The translations under genes and the position numbers were made by a program. Positions 26,346-41,800 of a DNA stretch of 64,000 bases are shown one piece after another (position 1 is the stretch's first letter; each line of letters starts with the position of its first letter). The notes under the pieces are model-generated. The model was not told where the DNA came from and made no database searches. It saw only the letters and a program-made list of their open reading frames with translations. The DNA comes from Eledone cirrhosa (taxonomy: Eukaryota), in assembly GCA_964016885.1 (NCBI GenBank), contig OZ024742.1:36580001-36644000 (forward strand), in the 5' to 3' direction.

Positions 26346-26974
26346 CAAAGTTTCTGGCTTGTACTTGTGTCATCGATATTTGGAAGAACAAAAGACAAAC
26401 AAGGAAACATCTACGAAACCATTTGATATGCTAACAATAGCAACTAAATCTCCATTATATTCCATGGTGCCGTTTTAAGAATGGAAAAAGAATATATTGG
26501 ATTGTGTAGTCGTAGATACACTATGTTTGGACAATACAAAGCAGGGCGAGCTGCTCAAAGCTAGAATGCTTTGGGTCATTGCAGCTGATTTGACTACATA
26601 AAATCAATGGCTTAGCCCGGAGGAGGGGGGGGGGTTAACAATGAATATAAAAGGACATATCTAGATAGGAGTCTGGTCTTTGTTCAAAGTCTTCCGGTCT
26701 CCAGAGGTGATGCTGTAAAGACTAAGGTCATACTCTCTTCTGCAGATACCCCGACCCAATCCTTCCGCCACAGAACATCGGCTCTGGAAATCTCTCTTGG
26801 CTCATGTTTTTTTTTTTCAAAAAGGAATTGACCTACACCAGTTTAAGCAGAACATGAACATCACCCATCTCCCCAGTCTTTGAGCAGCTTAAGACCATGA
26901 GCACTGTCCCTTCCTCCGGGCCTACCAAGCCAAATAAAGGTAAGATTTGTGTTTATGTTTTCGTTGATTGGTTC

Positions 26975-27217
26975 ATTGTCTGGTTGGTTGGTTGGCTGAC
27001 TGACTGGTTTGCTGGTTAATTGGTTCGTGGGTTGGTTGGTTGGTTGGTTGGCTGGCTGGTTGGCTGGCTGGCTGGATGGTTGGTTGGCTGGCTGGTTGGT
27101 TGGCTGGCTGGATGGTTGGTTGGTTGGTTCGTGGGTTGGTTGGTTGGCTGGCTGGTTGGTTGGTTGGTTGGTTAGTTCGTGGGTTGGTTGGTTGGTTGGT
27201 TGGTGAGTTAGTTGGTT
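26975..27217. repeat. (GGTT)/(GGCT) tetranucleotide repeat
   Basis: Directly visible. Confidence 0.9.
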
Positions 27218-27570
27218 TGAAGAACATATTACCATGTTTTGTAGTTTAATTACTAGTTTCATGGATAGTAAGTTAGGTTTGTTAATGAATATCAATGTCA
27301 TCGATTTCTCCGTCCCCTCAGACCTCACTCCTCTAGGACTAAAATATTAAAAAAATACCGTTAGAAGAGAAGCCTGCTGCTGCTGCTGCTACTGTTGCAC
27401 TATATAGCCAGTATCTCTGTCTTGTAATAAACCATGTGGTTCTACGAGAAGATAATATGCCACATAAACCAATGTGGATGTGATGTTACTACTGTAAAAC
27501 TGTAAACCTGTCAAATTATACATTCTCTAGTCGCTTCTGGTTTACCAATCAGCGTTTTATCGCCGAGACG

Positions 27571-27605
<35 letters not shown>

Positions 27606-27619
27606 CACACGGACACATA

Positions 27620-27663
<44 letters not shown>

Positions 27664-27856
27664 TACATACATACATACATACATACATACATACATACAT
27701 ACATACATACATACATACATACATAGTTATGTAATAAACAACATAAGGCAATTATTTCATTTACCAGTGGTTTCTTAAAAACAAACAAATTTTGCTTTCA
27801 ATCATCAGAATGAAAAAGTCCTGGTGTATTTATTGACATTGGATTTTAAAAACAAA

Positions 27857-29295
27857 ACAATACACCAACACCACTACACCATAGTCCAGTACAATACACC
27901 AACACCACTACACCACTACACCATAGTCCAGTACAATACACCAACACCACTACACCACTACACCATAGTCCAGTACAATACACCAACACCAACACCACTA
28001 CACCATAGTCCAGTACAATACACCAACACCAACACCACTACACCATAGTCCAGTACAATACACCAACACCACTACACCACTACACCATAGTCCAGTACAA
28101 TACACCAACACCACTACACCACTACACCATAGTCCAGTACAATACACCAACACCAACACCACTACACCATAGTCCAGTACAATACACCAACACCACTACA
28201 CCATAGTCCAGTACAATACACCAACACCAACACCACTACACCATAGTCCAGTACAATACACCAACACCACTACACCACTACACCATAGTCCAGTACAATA
28301 CACCAACACCAACACCACTACACCATAGTCCAGTACAATACACCAACACCACTACACCATAGTCCAGTACAATACACCAACACCACTACACCACTACACC
28401 ATAGTCCAGTACAATACACCAACACCAACACCACTACACCATAGTCCAGTACAATACACCAAAACCACTACACCATAGTCCAGTACAATACACCAACACC
28501 AACACCACTACACCATAGTCCAGTACAATACACCAACACCAACACCACTACACCATAGTCCAGTACAATACACCAACACCACTACACCATAGTCCAGTAC
28601 AATACACCAACACCACTACACCATAGTCCAGTACAATACACCAACACCAACACCAACACCACTACACCATAGTCCAGTACAATACACCAACACCAACACC
28701 ACTACACCATAGTCCAGTACAATACACCAACACCAACACCACTACACCATAGTCCAGTACAATACACCAACACCAACACCACTGCACCATAGTCCAGTAC
28801 AATACACCAACACCACTACACCATAGTCCAGTACAATACACCAACACCACTACACCATAGTCCAGTACAATACACCAACACCAACACCAACACCACTACA
28901 CCATAGTCCAGTACAATACACCAACACCAACACCACTACACCATAGTCCAGTACAATACACCAACACCAACACCACTACACCATAGTCCAGTACAATACA
29001 CCAACACCAACACCACTGCACCATAGTCCAGTACAATACACCAACACCACTACACCATAGTCCAGTACAATACACCAACACCACTACACCATAGTCCAGT
29101 ACAATACACCAACACCACTACACCATAGTCCAGTACAATACACCAACACCACTACACCATAGTCCAGTACAATACACCAACACCAACACCACTACACCAT
29201 AGTCCAGTACAATACACCAACACCACTACACCATAGTCCAGTACAATACACCAACACCACTACACCATAGTCCAGTACAATACACCAACACTACA
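27857..29295. repeat. Minisatellite, 34/40/42/46-bp units: core CACCATAGTCCAGTACAATA + (CACCAA)1-3 + (CACCACTA)0-1 + CACCACTA
   Basis: Roughly 38 tandem units with invariant core. Confidence 0.95.
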
Positions 29296-29324
29296 CTACA
29301 GTACAGTTTACATTTCACTACAAT

Positions 29325-29660
29325 ACACCACCAGGCTACTGTCCCCACCACCATCACCAGGCTACTGTCCCCACCACCACTACCAGGCTACTATCCCCAC
29401 CACCATCACCAGGCTACTGTCCCCACCACCACCACCAGGCTACTGTCCCCACCACCACCACCAGGCTACTATCCCCACCACCACCACCAGGCTACTATCC
29501 CCACCACCACCACCACCAGGCTACTGTCCCTACCACCACCACCAGGCTATGTCCCCACCACCACCAGGATACTGTCCCCACCACCACCACCAGGCTACAA
29601 TCCCCACCACCACCACCAGGCTACTGTCCCCACCACCAGGCTACAATCCCCACCACCACC
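29325..29660. repeat. Minisatellite ~23-29 bp, CAGGCTACT(G/A)TCCC(CAC)n
   Basis: About 13 tandem units. Confidence 0.9.
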
Positions 29661-29868
29661 AACAACAACACCACCATTTCAGTCCAATCAGAAAAATCAG
29701 GTCAATATCGGAGAAATCATTACAGTATTGATTACCTAGAGTTCCAATAGAACGTCACATGAGATTGAAACATTGGCCACCACCACCACCAACACCACCA
29801 CCATACCACCACCATACCGCCACCAACAACACCACCATCACCATCACCACCACCAACACCACCAACAA

Positions 29869-32800
29869 CTAGCTACATGTCTATATAGTCAAAATACCTG
29901 GTTGTCCGGCTAGCTACATGTCTATATAGTCACAATACCTGGTTGTCCGGCTAGCTACATGTCTATATAGTCACAATACCCGGTTGTCCGGCTAGCTACA
30001 TGTCTATATAGTCACAATACCTGGTTGTCCGGCTAGCTAGATGTCTATATAGTCACAATACCTGGTTGTCCGGCTAGCTACATGTCTATATAGTCACAAT
30101 ACCTGGTTGTCCGGCTAGCTACATGTCTATATAGTCACAATACCTGGTTGTCCGGCTAGCTACATGTCTATATAGTCACAATACCTGGTTGTCCGGCTAG
30201 CTACGTGTCTATATAGTCACAATACTTGGTTGTCCGGCTAGCTACATGTCTATATAGTCACAATACCTGGTTGTCCGGCTAGCTACATGTCTATGTAGTC
30301 AAAATACCCGGTTGTCCGGCTAGCTACATGTCTATATAGTCACAATACTTGGTTGTCCGGCTAGCTACATGTCTATATAGTCACAATACTTGGTTGTCCG
30401 GCTAGCTACATGTCTATATAGTCACAATACCTGGTTGTCCGGCAAGCTACATGTCTATATAGTCACAATACCTGGTTGTCCGGCTAGCTACATGTCTATA
30501 TAGTCACAATACTTGGTTGTCCGGCTAGCTACATGTCTGTATAGTCACAATACCTGGTTGTCCGGCTAGCTACATGTCTATATAGTCACAATACCTGGTT
30601 GTCCGGCTAGCTACATGTCTATATAGTCACAATACCTGGTTGTCCGGCTAGCTACATGTCTATATAGTCACAATACCTGGTTGTCCGGCTAGCTACATGT
30701 CTATATAGTCACAATACCTGGTTGTCCGGCTAGCTACATGTCTATATAGTCACAATACCTGGTTGTCCGGCTAGCTACATGTCTATATAGTCACAATACC
30801 CGGTTGTCCGGCTAGCTACATGTCCATATAGTCACAAAACCCGGTTGTCCGGCTAGCTACATGTCTATATAGTCACAATACCTGGTTGTCCGGCTAGCTA
30901 CATGTCTATATAGTCACAATACCTGGTTATCCGGCTAGCTACATGTCTATATAGTCACAATATCCGGTTGTCCGGCTAGCTACATGTCTATATAGTCACA
31001 ATACCCGGTTGTCCGGCTACTACATGTCTATATAGTCACAATACCCGGTTGTCCGGCTAGCTACATGTCCATATAGTCACAAAACCCGGTTGTCCGGCTA
31101 GCTACATGTCCATATAGTCACAAAACCCGGTTGTCCGGCTAGCTACATGTCTATATAGTCACAATACCTGGTTGTCCGGCTAGCTACATGTCTATATAGT
31201 CACAATACCTGGTTATCCGGCTAGCTACATGTCTATATAGTCACAAAACCCGGTTGTCCGGCTAGCTACATGTCTATATAGTCACAATAGCTGGTTGTCC
31301 GGCTAGCTACATGTCTATATAGTCACAATACCTGGTTGTCCGGCTAGCTACATGTCTATATAGTCACAATACCCGGTTGTCCGGCTACTACATGTCTATA
31401 TAGTCACAATACCCGGTTGTCCGGCTAGCTACATGTCTATATAGTCACAATACCCGGTTGTCCGGCTAGCTACGTGTCTATATAGTCACAATACCCGGTT
31501 GTCCGGCTAGCTACGTGTCTATATAGTAACAATACCCGGTTGTCCGGCTAGCTACATGTCTATATAGTCACAATACCTGGTTGTCCGGCTAGCTACGTGT
31601 CTATATAGTCACAATACCCGGTTGTCCGGCTAGCTACGTGTCTATATAGTCACAATACCCGGTTGTCCGGCTACCAACATGTCTATATAGTCACAATACC
31701 TGGTTGTCCGGCTAGCTACATGTCTATATAGTCACAATACCTGGTTGTCCGGCTAGCTACATGTCTATATAGTCACAATACCTGGTAGTCCGGCTAGCTA
31801 CATGTCTATATAGTCACAATACCCGGTTGTCCGGCTAGCTACATGTCTATATAGTCACAATACCTGGTTGTCCGGCTAGCTACGTGTCTATATAGTCACA
31901 ATACTTGGTTGTCCGGCTAGCTACATGTCTATATAGTCACAATACCTGGTTGTCCGGCTAGCTACATGTCTATGTAGTCACAATACCCGGTTGTCCGGCT
32001 AGCTACATGTCTATATAGTCACAATACTTGGTTGTCCGGCTAGCTACATGTCTATATAGTCACAATACTTGGTTGTCCGGCTAGCTACATGTCTATATAG
32101 TCACAATACCTGGTTGTCCGGCTAGCTACATGTCTATATAGTCACAATACCTGGTTGTCCGGCTAGCTACATGTCTATATAGTCACAATACTTGGTTGTC
32201 CGGCTAGCTACATGTCTATATAGTCACAATACCTGGTTGTCCAGCTAGCTACATGTCTATATAGTCACAATACCTGGTTGTCCGGCTAGCTACATGTCTA
32301 TATAGTCACAATACCTGGTTGTCCGGCTAGCTACATGTCTATATAGTCACAATACCTGGTTGTCCGGCTAGCTACATGTCTATATAGTCACAATACCCGG
32401 TTGTCCGGCTACTACATGTCTATATAGTCACAATACCCGGTTGTCCGGCTAGCTACATGTCCATATAGTCACAAAACCCGGTTGTCCGGCTAGCTACATG
32501 TCTATATAGTCACAATACCTGGTTGTCCAGCTAGCTACATGTCTATATAGTCACAATACCTGGTTGTCCGGCTAGCTACATGTCTATATAGTCACAATAC
32601 CTGGTTGTCCGGCTAGCTACATGTCTATATAGTCACAATACCTGGTTGTCCGGCTAGCTACATGTCTATATAGTCACAATACCTGGTTGTCCGGCTAGCT
32701 ACATGTCTATATAGTCACAATACCCGGTTGTCCGGCTACTATATGTCTATATAGTCACAATACCCGGTTGTCCGGCTAGCTACATGTCCATATAGTCACA

Positions 32801-35800
32801 AAACCCGGTTGTCCGGCTAGCTACATGTCTATATAGTCACAATACCTGGTTGTCCGGCTAGCTACATGTCTATATAGTCACAATACCTGGTTGTCCGGCT
32901 AGCTACATGTCTATATAGTCACAATACCTGGTTGTCCGGCTAGCTACGTGTCTATATAGTCACAATACCTGGTTGTCCGGCTAGCTACATGTCTATATAG
33001 TCACAATACCTGGTTGTCCGGCTAGCTACGTGTCTATATAGTCACAATACTTGGTTGTCCGGCTAGCTACATGTCTATATAGTCACAATACCTGGTTGTC
33101 CGGCTAGCTACATGTCTATATAGTCACAATACTTGGTTGTCCGGCTAGCTACATGTCTATATAGTCACAATACCTGGTTGTCTGGCAAGCTACATGTCTA
33201 TATAGTCACAATACCTGGTTGTCCGGCTAGCTACATGTCTATATAGTCACAATACTTGGTTGTCCGGCTAGCTACATGTCTGTATAGTCACAATACCTGG
33301 TTGTCCGGCTAGCTACATGTCTATATAGTCACAATACCTGGTTGTCCGGCTAGCTACATGTCTATATAGTCACAATACCTGGTTGTCTGGCAAGCTACAT
33401 GTCTATATAGTCACAATACCTGGTTGTCCGGCTAGCTACATGTCTATATAGTCACAATACTTGGTTGTCCGGCTAGCTACATGTCTGTATAGTCACAATA
33501 CCTGGTTGTCCGGCTAGCTACATGTCTATATAGTCACAATACTTGGTTGTCCGGCTAGCTACATGTCTGTATAGTCACAATACCTGGTTGTCCGGCTAGC
33601 TACATGTCTATATAGTCACAATACCTGGTTGTCCGGCTAGCTACATGTCTATATAGTCACAATACCTGGTTGTCCGGCTAGCTACATGTCTATATAGTCA
33701 CAATACCTGGTTGTCCGGCTAGCTACATGTCTATATAGTCACAATACCTGGTTGTCCGGCTAGCTACATGTCTATATAGTCACAATACCTGGTTGTCCGG
33801 CTAGCTACATGTCTATATAGTCACAATACCTGGTTGTCCGGCTAGCTACATGTCTATATAGTCACAATACCCGGTTGTCCGGCTAGCTACATGTCCATAT
33901 AGTCACAAAACCCGGTTGTCCGGCTAGCTACATGTCTATATAGTCACAATACCTGGTTGTCCGGCTAGCTACATGTCTATATAGTCACAATACCTGGTTA
34001 TCCGGCTAGCTACATGTCTATATAGTCACAATATCCGGTTGTCCGGCTAGCTACATGTCTATATAGTCACAATACCCGGTTGTCCGGCTACTACATGTCT
34101 ATATAGTCACAATACCCGGTTGTCCGGCTAGCTACATGTCCATATAGTCACAAAACCCGGTTGTCCGGCTAGCTACATGTCCATATAGTCACAAAACCCG
34201 GTTGTCCGGCTAGCTACATGTCTATATAGTCACAATACCTGGTTGTCCGGCTAGCTACATGTCTATATAGTCACAATACCTGGTTGTCCGGCTAGCTACA
34301 TGTCTATATAGTCACAAAACCCGGTTGTCCGGCTAGCTACATGTCTATATAGTCACAATAGCTGGTTGTCCGGCTAGCTACATGTCTATATAGTCACAAT
34401 ACCTGGTTGTCCGGCTAGCTACATGTCTATATAGTCACAATACCCGGTTGTCCGGCTACTACATGTCTATATAGTCACAATACCCGGTTGTCCGGCTAGC
34501 TACATGTCTATATAGTCACAATACCCGGTTGTCCGGCTAGCTACGTGTCTATATAGTCACAATACCCGGTTGTCCGGCTAGCTACGTGTCTATATAGTAA
34601 CAATACCCGGTTGTCCGGCTAGCTACATGTCTATATAGTCACAATACCTGGTTGTCCGGCTAGCTACGTGTCTATATAGTCACAATACCCGGTTGTCCGG
34701 CTAGCTACGTGTCTATATAGTCACAATACCCGGTTGTCCGGCTACCAACATGTCTATATAGTCACAATACCTGGTTGTCCGGCTAGCTACATGTCTATAT
34801 AGTCACAATACCTGGTTGTCCGGCTAGCTACATGTCTATATAGTCACAATACCTGGTAGTCCGGCTAGCTACATGTCTATATAGTCGCAATACCCGGTTG
34901 TCCGGCTAGCTACATGTCTATATAGTCACAATACCTGGTTGTCCGGCTAGCTATGTGACTATATAGTCACAATACTTGGTTGTCCGGCTAGCTACATGTC
35001 TATATAGTCACAATACCTGGTTGTCCGGCTAGCTACATGTCTATGTAGTCACAATACCCGGTTGTCCGGCTAGCTACATGTCTATATAGTCACAATACTT
35101 GGTTGTCCGGCTAGCTACATGTCTATATAGTCACAATACTTGGTTGTCCGGCTAGCTACATGTCTATATAGTCACAATACCTGGTTGTCCGGCTAGCTAC
35201 ATGTCTATATAGTCACAATACCTGGTTGTCCGGCTAGCTACATGTCTATATAGTCACAATACTTGGTTGTCCGGCTAGCTACATGTCTATATAGTCACAA
35301 TACCTGGTTGTCCGGCTAGCTACATGTCTATATAGTCACAATACCTGGTTGTCCGGCTAGCTACATGTCTATATAGTCACAATACCTGGTTGTCCGGCTA
35401 GCTACATGTCTATATAGTCACAATACCCGGTTGTCCGGCTAGCTACATGTCTATATAGTCACAATACCCGGTTGTCCGGCTACTACATGTCTATATAGTC
35501 ACAATACCCGGTTGTCCGGCTAGCTACATGTCCATATAGTCACAAAACCCGGTTGTCCGGCTAGCTACATGTCTATATAGTCACAATACCTGGTTGTCCA
35601 GCTAGCTACATGTCTATATAGTCACAATACCTGGTTGTCCGGCTAGCTACATGTCTATATAGTCACAATACCTGGTTGTCCGGCTAGCTACATGTCTATA
35701 TAGTCACAATACCTGGTTGTCCGGCTAGCTACATGTCTATATAGTCACAATACCTGGTTGTCCGGCTAGCTACATGTCTATATAGTCACAATACCCGGTT

Positions 35801-38800
35801 GTCCGGCTACTATATGTCTATATAGTCACAATACCCGGTTGTCCGGCTAGCTACATGTCCATATAGTCACAAAACCCGGTTGTCCGGCTAGCTACATGTC
35901 TATATAGTCACAATACCTGGTTGTCCGGCTAGCTACATGTCTATATAGTCACAATACCTGGTTGTCCGGCTAGCTACATGTCTATATAGTCACAATACCT
36001 GGTTGTCCGGCTAGCTACATGTCTATATAGTCACAATACCTGGTTGTCCGGCTAGCTACATGTCTATATAGTCACAATACCTGGTTGTCCGGCTAGCTAC
36101 GTGTCTATATAGTCACAATACCTGGTTGTCCGGCTAGCTACATGTCTATATAGTCACAATACCTGGTTGTCCGGCTAGCTACGTGTCTATATAGTCACAA
36201 TACTTGGTTGTCCGGCTAGCTACATGTCTATATAGTCACAATACCTGGTTGTCCGGCTAGCTACATGTCTATGTAGTCACAATACCCGGTTGTCCGGCTA
36301 GCTACATGTCTATATAGTCACAATACTTGGTTGTCCGGCTAGCTACATGTCTATATAGTCACAATACTTGGTTGTCCGGCTAGCTACATGTCTATATAGT
36401 CACAATACCTGGTTGTCCGGCTACCTACATGTCTATACAGTCACAATACCTGGTTGTCCGGCTAGCTACATGTCTATATAGTCACAATACTTGGTTGTCC
36501 GGCTAGCTACATGTCTATATAGTCACAATACCTGGTTGTCCGGCTAGCTACATGTCTATATAGTCACAATACCTGGTTGTCCGGCTAGCTACATGTCTAT
36601 ATAGTCACAATACCTGGTTGTTCGGCTAGCTACATGTCTATATATTCACAATACCTGGTTGTCCGGCTAGCTACTTGTCTATATAGTCACAATACCCGGT
36701 TGTCCGGCTACTACATGTCTATATAGTCACAATACCCGGTTGTCCGGCTAGCTACATGTCAATATAGTCACAAAACCCGGTTGTCCGGCTAGCTACATGT
36801 CTATATAGTCACAATACCTGGTTGTCCAGCTAGCTACATGTCTATATAGTCACAATACCTGGTTGTCCGGCTAGCTACATGTCTATATAGTCACAATACC
36901 TGGTTGTCCGGCTAGCTACATGTCTATATAGTCACAATACCTGGTTGTCCGGCTAGCTACATGTCTATATAGTCACAATACCTGGTTGTCCGGCTAGCTA
37001 CATGTCTATATAGTCACAATACCTGGTTGTCCGGCTAGCTACATGTCTATATAGTCACAATACCTGGTTGTCCGGCTAGCTACATGTCTATATAGTCACA
37101 ATACCCGGTTGTCCGGCTACTATATGTCTATATAGTCACAATACCCGGTTGTCCGGCTAGCTACATGTCCATATAGTCACAAAACCCGGTTGTCCGGCTA
37201 GCTACATGTCTATATAGTCACAATACCTGGTTGTCCGGCTAGCTACATGTCTATATAGTCACAATACCTGGTTGTCCGGCTAGCTACATGTCTATATAGT
37301 CACAATACCTGGTTGTCCGGCTAGCTACATGTCTATATAGTCACAATACCTGGTTGTCCGGCTAGCTACATGTCTATATAGTCACAATACCTGGTTGTCC
37401 GGCTAGCTACGTGTCTATATAGTCACAATACCTGGTTGTCCGGCTAGCTACATGTCTATATAGTCACAATACCTGGTTGTCCGGCTAGCTACGTGTCTAT
37501 ATAGTCACAATACTTGGTTGTCCGGCTAGCTACATGTCTATATAGTCACAATACCTGGTTGTCCGGCTAGCTACATGTCTATGTAGTCACAATACCCGGT
37601 TGTCCGGCTAGCTACATGTCTATATAGTCACAATACTTGGTTGTCCGGCTAGCTACATGTCTATATAGTCACAATACTTGGTTGTCCGGCTAGCTACATG
37701 TCTATATAGTCACAATACCTGGTTGTCCGGCTACCTACATGTCTATATAGTCACAATACCTGGTTGTCCGGCTAGCTACATGTCTATATAGTCACAATAC
37801 TTGGTTGTCCGGCTAGCTACATGTCTATATAGTCACAATACCTGGTTGTCCGGCTAGCTACATGTCTATATAGTCACAATACCTGGTTGTCCGGCTAGCT
37901 ACATGTCTATATAGTCACAATACCTGGTTGTTCGGCTAGCTACATGTCTATATATTCACAATACCTGGTTGTCCGGCTAGCTACTTGTCTATATAGTCAC
38001 AATACCCGGTTGTCCGGCTACTACATGTCTATATAGTCACAATACCCGGTTGTCCGGCTAGCTACATGTCCATATAGTCACAAAACCCGGTTGTCCGGCT
38101 AGCTACATGTCTATATAGTCACAATACCTGGTTGTCCAGCTAGCTACATGTCTATATAGTCACAATACCTGGTTGTCCGGCTAGCTACATGTCTATATAG
38201 TCACAATACCTGGTTGTCCGGCTAGCTACATGTCTATATAGTCACAATACCTGGTTGTCCGGCTAGCTACATGTCTATATAGTCACAATACCTGGTTGTC
38301 GGGCTAGCTACATGTCTATATAGTCACAATACCCGGTTGTCCGGCTACTACATGTCTATATAGTCACAATACCCGGTTGTCCGGCTAGCTACATGTCCAT
38401 ATAGTCACAAAACCCGGTTGTCCGGCTAGCTACATGTCTATATAGTCACAATACCTGGTTGTCCGGCTAGCTACATGTCTATATAGTCACAATACCTGGT
38501 TATCCGGCTAGCTACATGTCTATATAGTCACAATATCCGGTTGTCCGGCTAGCTACATGTCTATATAGTCACAATACCCGGTTGTCCGGCTAGCTACATG
38601 TCTATATAGTCACAATACCCGGTTGTCCGGCTAGCTACATGTCTATATAGTCACAATACCCGGTTATCCGGCTAGCTACATGTCTATATAGCCATAATAC
38701 CTGGTTGTCCGGATAGCTACATGTCTATATAGTCACAATACCCGGTTGTCCGGCTAGCTACATGTCTATATAGCCATAATACCTGGTTGTCCGGATAGCT

Positions 38801-41800
38801 ACATGTCTATATAGTCACAATACCCGGTTGTCCGGCTACTACATGTCTATATAGTCACAATACCCGGCTGTCCGGCTAGCTACATGTCTATATAGTCACA
38901 ATACCCGGTTGTCCGGCTAGCTACGTGTCTATATAGTCACAATACCCGGTTGTCCGCCTAGCTACGTGTCTATATAGTAACAATACCCGGTTGTCCGGCT
39001 AGCTACATGTCTATATAGTCACAATACCTGGTTGTCCGGCTAGCTACATGTCTATATAGTCACAATACCTGGTAGTCCGGCTAGCTACATGTCTATATAG
39101 TCACAATACCCGGTTGTCCGGCTAGCTACATGTCTATATAGTCACAATACCTGGTTGTCCGGCTAGCTACGTGTCTATATAGTCACAATACTTGGTTGTC
39201 CGGCTAGCTACATGTCTATATAGTCACAATACCTGGTTGTCCGGCTAGCTACATGTATATGTAGTCACAATACCCGGTTGTCCGGCTAGCTACATGTCTA
39301 TATAGTCACACTACTTGGTTGTCCGGCTAGCTACATGTCTATATAGTCACAATACTTGGTTGTCCGGCTAGCTACATGTCTATATAGTCACAATACCTGG
39401 TTGTCCGGCTAGCTACATGTCTATATAGTCACAATACCTGGTTGTCCGGCTAGCTACATGTCTATATAGTCACAATACTTGGTTGTCCGGCTAGCTACAT
39501 GACTATATAGTCACAATACCTGGTTGTCCGGCTAGCTACATGTCTATATAGTCACAATACCTGGTTGTCCGGCTAGCTACATGTCTATATAGTCACAATA
39601 CCTGGTTGTTCGGCTAGCTACATGTCTATATATTCACAATACCTGGTTGTCCGGCTAGCTACTTGTCTATATAGTCACAATACCCGGTTGTCCGGCTACT
39701 ACATGTCTATATAGTCACAATACCCGGTTGTCCGGCTAGCTAGATGTCCATATAGTCACAAAACCCGGTTGTCCGGCTAGCTACATGTCTATATAGTCAC
39801 AATACCTGGTTGTCCAGCTAGCTACATGTCTATATAGTCACAATACCTGGTTGTCCGGCTAGCTACATGTCTATATAGTCACAATACCTGGTTGTCCGGC
39901 TAGCTACATGTCTATATAGTCACAATACCAGGTTGTCCGGCTAGCTACATGTCTATATAATCACAATACCTGGTTGTCGGGCTAGCTACATGTCTATATA
40001 GTCACAATACCCGGTTGTCCGGCTACTACATGTCTATATAGTCACAATACCCGGTTGTCCGGCTAGCTACATGTCCATATAGTCACAAAACCCGGTTGTC
40101 CGGCTAGCTACATGTCTATATAGTCACAATAGCTGGTTGTCCGGCTAGCTACATGTCTATATAGTCACAATACCTGGTTGTCCGGCTAGCTACATGTCTA
40201 TATAGTCACAATACCCGGTTGTCCGGCTACTACATGTCTATATAGTCACAATACCCGGTTGTCCGGCTAGCTACATGTCTATATAGTCACAATACCCGGT
40301 TGTCCGGCTAGCTACGTGTCTATATAGTCACAATACCCGGTTGTCCGGCTAGCTACGTGTCTATATAGTAACAATACCCGGTTGTCCGGCTAGCTACATG
40401 TCTATATAGTCACAATACCTGGTTGTCCGGCTAGCTACGTGTCTATATAGTCACAATACCCGGTTGTCCGGCTAGCTACGTGTCTATATAGTCACAATAC
40501 CCGGTTGTCCGGCTACCAACATGTCTATATAGTCACAATACCTGGTTGTCCGGCTAGCTACATGTCTATATAGTCACAATACCTGGTTGTCCGGCTAGCT
40601 ACATGTCTATATAGTCACAATACCTGGTAGTCCGGCTAGCTACATGTCTATATAGTCGCAATACCCGGTTGTCCGGCTAGCTACATGTCTATATAGTCAC
40701 AATACCTGGTTGTCCGGCTAGCTATGTGACTATATAGTCACAATACTTGGTTGTCCGGCTAGCTACATGTCTATATAGTCACAATACCTGGTTGTCCGGC
40801 TAGCTACATGTCTATGTAGTCACAATACCCGGTTGTCCGGCTAGCTACATGTCTATATAGTCACAATACTTGGTTGTCCGGCTAGCTACATGTCTATATA
40901 GTCACAATACTTGGTTGTCCGGCTAGCTACATGTCTATATAGTCACAATACCTGGTTGTCCGGCTAGCTACATGTCTATATAGTCACAATACCTGGTTGT
41001 CCGGCTAGCTACATGTCTATATAGTCACAATACTTGGTTGTCCGGCTAGCTACATGTCTATATAGTCACAATACCTGGTTGTCCGGCTAGCTACATGTCT
41101 ATATAGTCACAATACCTGGTTGTCCGTCTAGCTACATGTCTATATAGTCACAATACCTGGTTGTCCGGCTAGCTACATGTCTATATAGTCACAATACCCG
41201 GTTGTCCGGCTAGCTACATGTCTATATAGTCACAATACCCGGTTGTCCGGCTACTACATGTCTATATAGTCACAATACCCGGTTGTCCGGCTAGCTACAT
41301 GTCCATATAGTCACAAAACCCGGTTGTCCGGCTAGCTACATGTCTATATAGTCACAATACCTGGTTGTCCAGCTAGCTACATGTCTATATAGTCACAATA
41401 CCTGGTTGTCCGGCTAGCTACATGTCTATATAGTCACAATACCTGGTTGTCCGGCTAGCTACATGTCTATATAGTCACAATACCTGGTTGTCCGGCTAGC
41501 TACATGTCTATATAGTCACAATACCTGGTTGTCCGGCTAGCTACATGTCTATATAGTCACAATACCCGGTTGTCCGGCTACTATATGTCTATATAGTCAC
41601 AATACCCGGTTGTCCGGCTAGCTACATGTCCATATAGTCACAAAACCCGGTTGTCCGGCTAGCTACATGTCTATATAGTCACAATACCTGGTTGTCCGGC
41701 TAGCTACATGTCTATATAGTCACAATACCTGGTTGTCCGGCTAGCTACATGTCTATATAGTCACAATACCTGGTTGTCCGGCTAGCTACATGTCTATATA

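Noticed and set aside
27857-29295. Constant 20-bp core with variable intervening lengths, CRISPR-like at first glance
   Set aside because: The 'spacers' are only differing counts of CACCAA/CACCACTA, not unique sequences; eukaryotic context; no cas genes
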